Source of the DNA: Nostoc sp. PCC 7120 = FACHB-418
Lineage (GTDB): Bacteria > Cyanobacteriota > Cyanobacteriia > Cyanobacteriales > Nostocaceae
Assembly: GCF_000009705.1 (NCBI RefSeq)
Contig: NC_003272.1
Coordinates: 5,910,001-5,942,000, forward strand
Direction: 5' to 3'
Length of the DNA stretch: 32,000 nucleotides
In this document: positions 26,788 through 32,000 of the stretch, in pieces
Numbering within the stretch: the stretch's first letter is position 1
Layout: every line of letters begins with the position of its first letter
Translations under genes and position numbers: made by a program
Notes under the pieces: generated by a model
Databases searched by the model: none
The model's input: only the letters and a program-made list of their open reading frames with translations
Told to the model about the DNA's origin: nothing

Positions 26788-27987
26788 ATGCAAAACCTCC
26801 ATCCAGACCGATTCAGGAATCTCAACTATCCTAATAGAACGATCATTTTCGGTATAGTTGCCATAGCTTTGGCAAGCGTCGCTGGTTCGTTGTATTTACT
26901 CTCTGGCGTGGGAAATCCGGGGAAAGAAATTACCCCAATGGTGATTGATAACCGTCCTCCAATCAAGGCTATTACTGCTTTGGGGAGGATAGAACCGCAG
27001 GGTGAAGTGGTACAGGTGTCAGTTTCCCAGACGGCTGGTAGTAACCGCATAGCAGAACTGTTGGTAAAACAAGGCGATCGCATCAACAAGGGACAAATAA
27101 TTGCTATCCTAGATAACCGCGATACTCGGCTAGCAGCTTTGAATAGAGCCAAGCAACAAGTCGCAGTTGCACAATCCCAATTAGCACAAGTAAAAGCTGG
27201 AGCCAAACAGGGAGAAATTGCTGCTCAACAAGCCACAATTGCAGAACTAGCAGCAGAACTACGCCAAGAAGTTGCAGCCAGAGTGGCGACAGTGAGGCGC
27301 TTAGAAGCAGAAGTTAGAAATGCTCAAATTGAATATCAGCGCTATCAATCGCTGCAAGCAGATGGCGCGGTTTCCGTATCTATTAGAGATAGTAAAAAAC
27401 TAACTCTAGAAACCGCCGAAGAAAGTTTACGGGAAGCCTTAGCTAATCGCAGCCAAACATCAGAAACCCTACAAGAAAGACTTAGACAAGCAAAAGCCAC
27501 CTTAAACCAAATTGCAGAGGTGCGTCCCACGGATGTGCAAGCAGCACAAGCAGAAGTTGAAAGTGCCAAAGCCGCAGTCCAAGAAGCCCAAGCTAATTTA
27601 AACTTGACTTATGTAAAGTCGCCTAAAGCTGGTCAAATCCTGAAAATCCATACCTTAGTTGGGGAAGTAGTCAGCGACAAAGGTATTGTAGAAATCGGAC
27701 AAACTAATCAAATGTATGTAGTTGCAGAAGTGTATGAAGTTGATATCAACCGCGTCAAAATTGGACAACGCGCAACTGTAACTCAACTCAACCTACCCGG
27801 AGAATTGACAGGAACCGTCGAGGATATTGGCTTACTAATTGCCAAAAAAGACGTACTCAACACCGATCCAGCCGCCGATATCGATGCACGAGTGGTAGAA
27901 GTAAAAATCCGTCTCAACCCCGAATCTAGCCAAAGAGTTACAGGTTTAACTAACTCTAAAGTCAAAGTAGCGATCGCCTTAAATTGA
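26788..27987 (+). CDS. HlyD/DevB-family membrane fusion protein of a tripartite ABC exporter
   Basis: 399-aa ORF. N-terminal TM anchor (IIFGIVAIALASVAGSLYLL), a lipoyl-like segment (VKQGDRINKGQIIAILD), a long A/Q/E-rich coiled coil and a C-terminal beta-barrel segment. It precedes DevC/DevA-type genes in the canonical devBCA order. Confidence 0.88.
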   Translation: MQNLHPDRFRNLNYPNRTIIFGIVAIALASVAGSLYLLSGVGNPGKEITPMVIDNRPPIKAITALGRIEPQGEVVQVSVSQTAGSNRIAELLVKQGDRINKGQIIAILDNRDTRLAALNRAKQQVAVAQSQLAQVKAGAKQGEIAAQQATIAELAAELRQEVAARVATVRRLEAEVRNAQIEYQRYQSLQADGAVSVSIRDSKKLTLETAEESLREALANRSQTSETLQERLRQAKATLNQIAEVRPTDVQAAQAEVESAKAAVQEAQANLNLTYVKSPKAGQILKIHTLVGEVVSDKGIVEIGQTNQMYVVAEVYEVDINRVKIGQRATVTQLNLPGELTGTVEDIGLLIAKKDVLNTDPAADIDARVVEVKIRLNPESSQRVTGLTNSKVKVAIALN

Positions 27988-28003
27988 AAACCAACAACTA
28001 ACT

Positions 28004-29161
28004 ATGAAAAGAAAAATTCCTTTAGCATGGTTGCAATTATCGCGGGAAAAAGCACGGATGGTAGTGGCGATCGCCGGCATTGCTTTTGCAGATGTGCTGA
28101 TGTTTTTACAACTTGGTATCCGCGAAGCTTTGTTTGATGGCGCTGTGCAACTACACAACAGCTTGGAAGGTGAGATCGTGCTGGTGAGTAGTCGTTACAA
28201 ATCCTTGTTTTCACAGCAGCGTTTTTCCCAACGCAGACTTTATCAAGCAATGGGTTTTACTGGTGTGCAATCAGTCAGTCCCATCTATGTCGATCCCATT
28301 CCTTGGAAAAATCCTGATAATCAAGAAACTTGGAATATTTACGTTATTGCTTTTAATCCTGAAGAAAAAGTACTTAATTTAGCTGGTGTACAAGAGAATT
28401 TAACTAAATTAAGAGAACCTGATACTGTGTTGTTTGATCTAGGTTCTCGCAAGGAATTTGGTCAGATTGTTTCTAAATTTCAAACTAGTGGCACTTTCAC
28501 CACAGAAATTAATAATCGTCAAATTAAAACTGTTGGCTTATTTAAATTAGGAACTTCTTTTGGCATCAATGGCAACCTCATTACTAGTGATGTGAATTTT
28601 TTCCGCCTCTTTAATCAAAGACGGCAACCAGGATTAATTGATTTAGGTTTGATTAAGTTAGAATCAGGAGCAGATATAAATTGGGTATTAGCTAACTTAA
28701 AAGCTAATCTTCCTGATGATATAAATATTTTAACAAAACAAGAGTTTGCCGACCAAGAAAAAAGCTATTGGAACAGTAGCACACCCGTAGGCTTTACATT
28801 TACTTTAGGTGTAATAATTGGCTTCATGGTAGGTGCAGTTATCGTTTATCAGATTCTTTATAGTGATGTTTCTGATCACCTACCAGAATATGCAACATTA
28901 AAAGCTATAGGTTTCAAAAATCGCTACTTACTCATAATCGTCTTTCAAGAAGCTTTGATTTTAGCCGCTATTGGCTTTATTCCTGGCATTGCTATTTCCC
29001 AAGGCTTATATATGATTACGCGCCAAGCAACACTCCTCCCCATCATGATGACACTAGATAGAGCAGTGCTGATATTTATGCTCACGACTTTGATGTGTTC
29101 AATTTCTGCCTCACTAGCCATCAGAAAATTACAAGCTGCTGACCCGGCCGATATTTTCTAA
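28004..29161 (+). CDS. DevC-type ABC exporter permease (FtsX-like fold)
   Basis: 385-aa ORF. It has an N-terminal TM helix, a large periplasmic domain and a C-terminal FtsX-like 3-TM bundle (VGFTFTLGVIIGFMVGAVIVYQ...). It starts 16 nt after the devB-like stop. Confidence 0.85.
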   Translation: MKRKIPLAWLQLSREKARMVVAIAGIAFADVLMFLQLGIREALFDGAVQLHNSLEGEIVLVSSRYKSLFSQQRFSQRRLYQAMGFTGVQSVSPIYVDPIPWKNPDNQETWNIYVIAFNPEEKVLNLAGVQENLTKLREPDTVLFDLGSRKEFGQIVSKFQTSGTFTTEINNRQIKTVGLFKLGTSFGINGNLITSDVNFFRLFNQRRQPGLIDLGLIKLESGADINWVLANLKANLPDDINILTKQEFADQEKSYWNSSTPVGFTFTLGVIIGFMVGAVIVYQILYSDVSDHLPEYATLKAIGFKNRYLLIIVFQEALILAAIGFIPGIAISQGLYMITRQATLLPIMMTLDRAVLIFMLTTLMCSISASLAIRKLQAADPADIF

Positions 29162-29189
29162 ACACTAATATAGTTAGTTATTAATTATT

Positions 29190-29867
29190 ATGTTACCTGC
29201 CATTTATATCTCTCATCTCAATCATTATTATGGTGAAGGTTCACTCAAAAAGCAGATACTTTTTGATATCAATTTAACAATTCAACCAGGAGAAATTGTT
29301 ATCATGACTGGCCCCTCTGGTTCGGGGAAAACTACTCTACTTACACTCATTGGTAGTTTGCGTTCTGTGCAATCAGGGAGCCTGGAAATATTAGGTAAAG
29401 AACTATCTGGTGCTACTAAAAATGAAATGGTGGAAGTGCGGCGTAATATTGGTTATATATTTCAAGCCCATAACCTTCTAGGGTTTCTCACAGCCCAACA
29501 GAATGTACAAATGCCATTTGAAATGAACCAGAAAATTTCCTTCAGCACAGCAGCCACAAAAGCAGCAGAAATGCTAACAACTGTAGGTTTAGAAGAAAAA
29601 CTAAATTATTATCCAGATGATCTCTCAGGTGGACAAAAACAAAGAGTAGCGATCGCTCGTGCTTTAGTACATCACCCTAAACTAGTATTAGCCGATGAAC
29701 CAACAGCCGCTTTAGATAGTAAATCTGGGCGAGATGTCGTCAATTTAATGCAGAAATTAGCTAAAGAACAAGGTTGCACAATCCTGCTAGTCACTCATGA
29801 TAATCGCATTTTAGATATTGCCGATCGCATTATTCACATGGAGGATGGTTATTTGCGTCAAAGTTAA
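29190..29867 (+). CDS. DevA-type ABC transporter ATP-binding protein
   Basis: 225-aa ORF. Walker A GPSGSGKTT, Q-loop, signature LSGGQKQRVAIARAL, Walker B LVLADEPTAALD and H-loop VTHD. Confidence 0.93.
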   Translation: MLPAIYISHLNHYYGEGSLKKQILFDINLTIQPGEIVIMTGPSGSGKTTLLTLIGSLRSVQSGSLEILGKELSGATKNEMVEVRRNIGYIFQAHNLLGFLTAQQNVQMPFEMNQKISFSTAATKAAEMLTTVGLEEKLNYYPDDLSGGQKQRVAIARALVHHPKLVLADEPTAALDSKSGRDVVNLMQKLAKEQGCTILLVTHDNRILDIADRIIHMEDGYLRQS

Positions 29868-29878
29868 TTGACCAATCA

Positions 29879-29919
29879 CTTAACATCGTCTTAAACCCTA
29901 CTTGATGATTTATTGATAA
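29879..29919 (+). promoter_or_regulatory. Candidate Pho box (PhoB/SphR binding site) upstream of phoD
   Basis: Four 8-bp direct repeats start exactly 11 bp apart: CTTAACAT (29879), CTTAAACC (29890), CTTGATGA (29901), ATTGATAA (29912). The first two are close to the cyanobacterial consensus PyTTAAPyPy(T/A) separated by 3-bp linkers. The array ends ~70 nt before the phoD ATG. Confidence 0.6.
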
Positions 29920-29987
29920 GTTTCTCTTGCTTAGTTAGACAAACTCAAGTAGTTTGCCAATATCTCAAAATCTTAGTAGGGGTGAAT

Positions 29988-31556
29988 ATGCAATTAATAA
30001 ATCGCAACTTCCTCGCAACCCATTGTAAACGCAGGAATTTTTTACTGGGTGCAGGATTAATCACAGGGTTAGTAGTAGCCAGCCAATGGCATCCTGTGAT
30101 GGCGCAAACAACATTTTCTGGCTATCCATTTAGTCTAGGTGTTGCATCTGGAGATCCCTTACCTGATAGCGTGGTGTTATGGACAAGACTAGCACCAGAT
30201 CCAGTAAATGGGGGTGGTATGTCACGGGTCAATGTTCCTGTGCAGTGGCAAATCGCACGGGATGAAAATATGACACAAGTTGTACAAAAAGGAACAGTTT
30301 TAGCAACACCAGAATTAGCTCACTCAGTACACGTTGATGTGCGTGGGCTAGAGCCTGATCGTTGGTACTGGTATCAATTCAAAGTGGGTAATGAAGTCAG
30401 CCCTAAAGGACGCACACGTACAGCCGCAGCACCTCATAGCTCTATTCAAAAATTTAATTTTGCCTTTGCTTCTTGTCAAGATTGGCAGAATGGCTTTTAC
30501 ACAGCCTATAAGCACATGGCTGACGAAGACCTTGACTTAGTAGTGCATCTGGGTGACTACATCTATGAGTATGGGCCTCGTTCTGGTGCGCCACGTCAGC
30601 ATATTGGCCCAGAAATCGTTACCCTTAGCGATTACCGCAACCGCTATGCCTTGTATAGAACCGACGTAAATTTACAAGCAGCTCATGCTAACTTCCCGTG
30701 GATTTTTACTTGGGATGACCATGAAGTAGATAACAACTATGCCAACTTCATACCTGAAGATAACCAGAGTCGGCAAGCATTCGAAGGCCGACGAGCCAAT
30801 GCTTACCAAGCTTACTATGAGCATATGCCATTGCGCCTATCTTCTTTGCCGAAGCAGTCTAGTATGCTGCTATATCGACGATTAACTTTTGGGGATTTAG
30901 CCGAGTTCAATGTCTTAGATACTCGCCAATACCGGACTGACCAACCTTGTAATGATGGACTCAAGCCACGTTGTGATGCAGCTTTAGATTCAAAAGCGAC
31001 TATGACAGGTGCAAGACAAGAAGGTTGGTTACTCAGAGGACTAGACCAATCAAAAGCGCGTTGGAATGTAATTGCTCAACAAACAATGCTTGGTCAATTT
31101 GATTTCGATGCTCGTCCAGATTCCCAAGTCTTCAATGTTGACCAGTGGGATGGTTATGTAGCTGCTCGTAATCGGCTCTTGAGCTTTTTAGCACAGCGCA
31201 AACCTTCTAACCCAGTAGTTATTACTGGAGATATCCATTCCAGTTGGGTACATGATTTAAAAACTGACTTCAATAATCCACTGTCAGCAACCGTTGGGAC
31301 TGAGTTTGTGGGTACTTCCATTACTTCTAACTTCCCTACAAATTCCATCGCACCAGTTAAAGCGGCTCTGAGTAACAACCCCCATACAAAATTCTTCGAT
31401 GCTGCTTATCGCGGTTATGTTCGTTGCCAACTAACTAGAGAACGTTGGCAAACTGATTATCGTGTTGTGTCTAGCATCCTTGAAGAGAATGCTTCTATTA
31501 GCACCCTCGCTTCCTTTGTAGTAGAAAACGGGCAACCAGGCGCAAAAACAGCGTGA
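29988..31556 (+). CDS. phoD: PhoD-family alkaline phosphatase/phosphodiesterase, Tat-exported
   Basis: ATG at 29988 gives MQLINRNFLATHCKRRNFLLGAGLITG...VMA, a twin-arginine signal. Metallophosphatase motifs HLGDYIYEY, WDDHEVDNNY and GDIHSSW are present. The track ORF starts at an upstream TTG (29913), which is unlikely to be real. Confidence 0.9.
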   Translation: MQLINRNFLATHCKRRNFLLGAGLITGLVVASQWHPVMAQTTFSGYPFSLGVASGDPLPDSVVLWTRLAPDPVNGGGMSRVNVPVQWQIARDENMTQVVQKGTVLATPELAHSVHVDVRGLEPDRWYWYQFKVGNEVSPKGRTRTAAAPHSSIQKFNFAFASCQDWQNGFYTAYKHMADEDLDLVVHLGDYIYEYGPRSGAPRQHIGPEIVTLSDYRNRYALYRTDVNLQAAHANFPWIFTWDDHEVDNNYANFIPEDNQSRQAFEGRRANAYQAYYEHMPLRLSSLPKQSSMLLYRRLTFGDLAEFNVLDTRQYRTDQPCNDGLKPRCDAALDSKATMTGARQEGWLLRGLDQSKARWNVIAQQTMLGQFDFDARPDSQVFNVDQWDGYVAARNRLLSFLAQRKPSNPVVITGDIHSSWVHDLKTDFNNPLSATVGTEFVGTSITSNFPTNSIAPVKAALSNNPHTKFFDAAYRGYVRCQLTRERWQTDYRVVSSILEENASISTLASFVVENGQPGAKTA

Positions 31557-31568
31557 TAGATCTATTTT

Positions 31569-31611
31569 AGGGGAGGATTGAGCGATAGCTTTTCACCTCT
31601 CCTATTTTTTT
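31569..31611 (+). terminator. Rho-independent terminator after phoD
   Basis: AGGGGAGG (31569-31576) pairs with CCTCTCCT (31596-31603), including one G-U pair. A TTTTTTT run follows at 31605-31611. Confidence 0.7.
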
Positions 31612-31665
31612 ATCTATGATGTAATAGTAAGTGCGATCGCTTCTCAAACGTTAGCCTACTCAGTT

Positions 31666-31685
31666 TTGCTCAATTAATTGAGCAA
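31666..31685. repeat. Perfect 20-bp palindrome TTGCTCAATTAATTGAGCAA upstream of recR
   Basis: The reverse complement is identical. Its right arm TTAATTGAGCAAT (31674-31686) recurs exactly inside recR at 31772-31784. Confidence 0.9.
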
Positions 31686-31738
31686 TCAAAAATCGTGTAA
31701 AAATGCCATCATAGTTAAAGTAAAAGCATTCTGGAGAC

Positions 31739-32000
31739 AAGACCACGGTTTACGCACGTCCTTTAGCACGCTTAATTGAGCAATTACAACGCCTCCCTGG
31801 AGTTGGTCCCAAGACAGCCCAGCGTCTAGCTTTGCATATTTTGAAGCGACCAGAATCTGAAGTAGAAGCTTTAGCACAAGCTCTAGTTGAGGCGAAAAAA
31901 CAGATAGGCTTGTGTTCTGTCTGCTTTCACTTATCTTCTGAACCAGTTTGTGAAATCTGCCGCAATCCTAACCGTGAAAATAATACTATCTGCGTAGTAG
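31739..32000 (+). CDS. recR: Recombination protein RecR, 5' part (continues beyond the right window edge); start codon unresolved
   Basis: My own translation in the frame of 31748: (K)[86 protein letters not shown]. It shows the HhH motif and the C4 zinc finger of RecR. An in-frame TAA lies at 31721. No ATG/GTG/TTG occurs between it and the conserved N-terminus. Confidence 0.85.

Noticed and set aside
29913-29987. N-terminal extension of PhoD from a TTG at 29913 (MISFSCLVRQ...).
   Set aside because: The extension would bury the twin-arginine signal peptide, and it overlaps the Pho box and promoter region. The ATG at 29988 gives a canonical Tat signal.
1-32000. Search for CRISPR arrays, tRNA/rRNA/tmRNA/RNase P/6S genes, IS elements, integrases, toxin-antitoxin pairs (including a GNAT toxin with an upstream antitoxin) and known defence genes.
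   Set aside because: I found no spaced ~30-40-nt repeats, no cloverleaf-like or conserved RNA motifs, and no transposase- or integrase-like ORFs. The GNAT gene has no small partner ORF. By-eye detection of ncRNAs is weak, so Rfam and tRNAscan runs would still be worthwhile.

Overview
The window looks like a chromosomal segment from a filamentous, heterocyst-forming cyanobacterium of the Nostoc/Anabaena type. Three things support this. The HIP1 octamer GCGATCGC occurs about 28 times by my eye count. STRR-like heptamer arrays sit at several gene boundaries. From memory, the gene content and order resemble the cyaC-gor neighbourhood of Anabaena/Nostoc sp. PCC 7120, which I cannot verify here.

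Gene content is mostly housekeeping. In order:
- a partial ABC exporter (-)
- hemW-like radical SAM (-)
- PIN/TRAM membrane protein (+)
- pheT (+)
- YciI-like (+)
- ABC1/UbiB kinase (-)
- recN (+)
- a Pro/Thr-rich TonB-like membrane protein (-)
- the 1155-aa multidomain adenylate cyclase CyaC (-)
- a GNAT acetyltransferase (+)
- an orphan 179-aa ORF (+)
- hisC (-)
- YqiA-like esterase (-)
- glutathione reductase gor (-)
- split 5-oxoprolinase-type hyuB/hyuA (-)
- a PadR regulator (-) divergent from a DevBCA-type tripartite ABC exporter (+)
- Tat-dependent PhoD phosphatase (+) with an apparent Pho box
- the 5' part of recR (+)

I saw no rRNA, tRNA, CRISPR array, transposase/integrase or recognisable phage-defence gene. 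Nothing here is an unambiguous new multi-gene system. The best leads are:
1. The orphan 179-aa ORF behind an ~825-bp AT-rich, ORF-free tract.
2. The PadR / DevBCA-like / PhoD module, with clear operator palindromes and a Pho box.
3. The hyuA-hyuB-gor glutathione-recycling cluster with a small upstream membrane-peptide ORF.
4. The cyaC / Pro-Thr-rich protein / 43-aa ORF string.
5. Several sub-threshold small ORFs, perfect 20-bp palindromes, and a recR that lacks any canonical start codon.

All family assignments come from motif recognition by eye. No searches were run.
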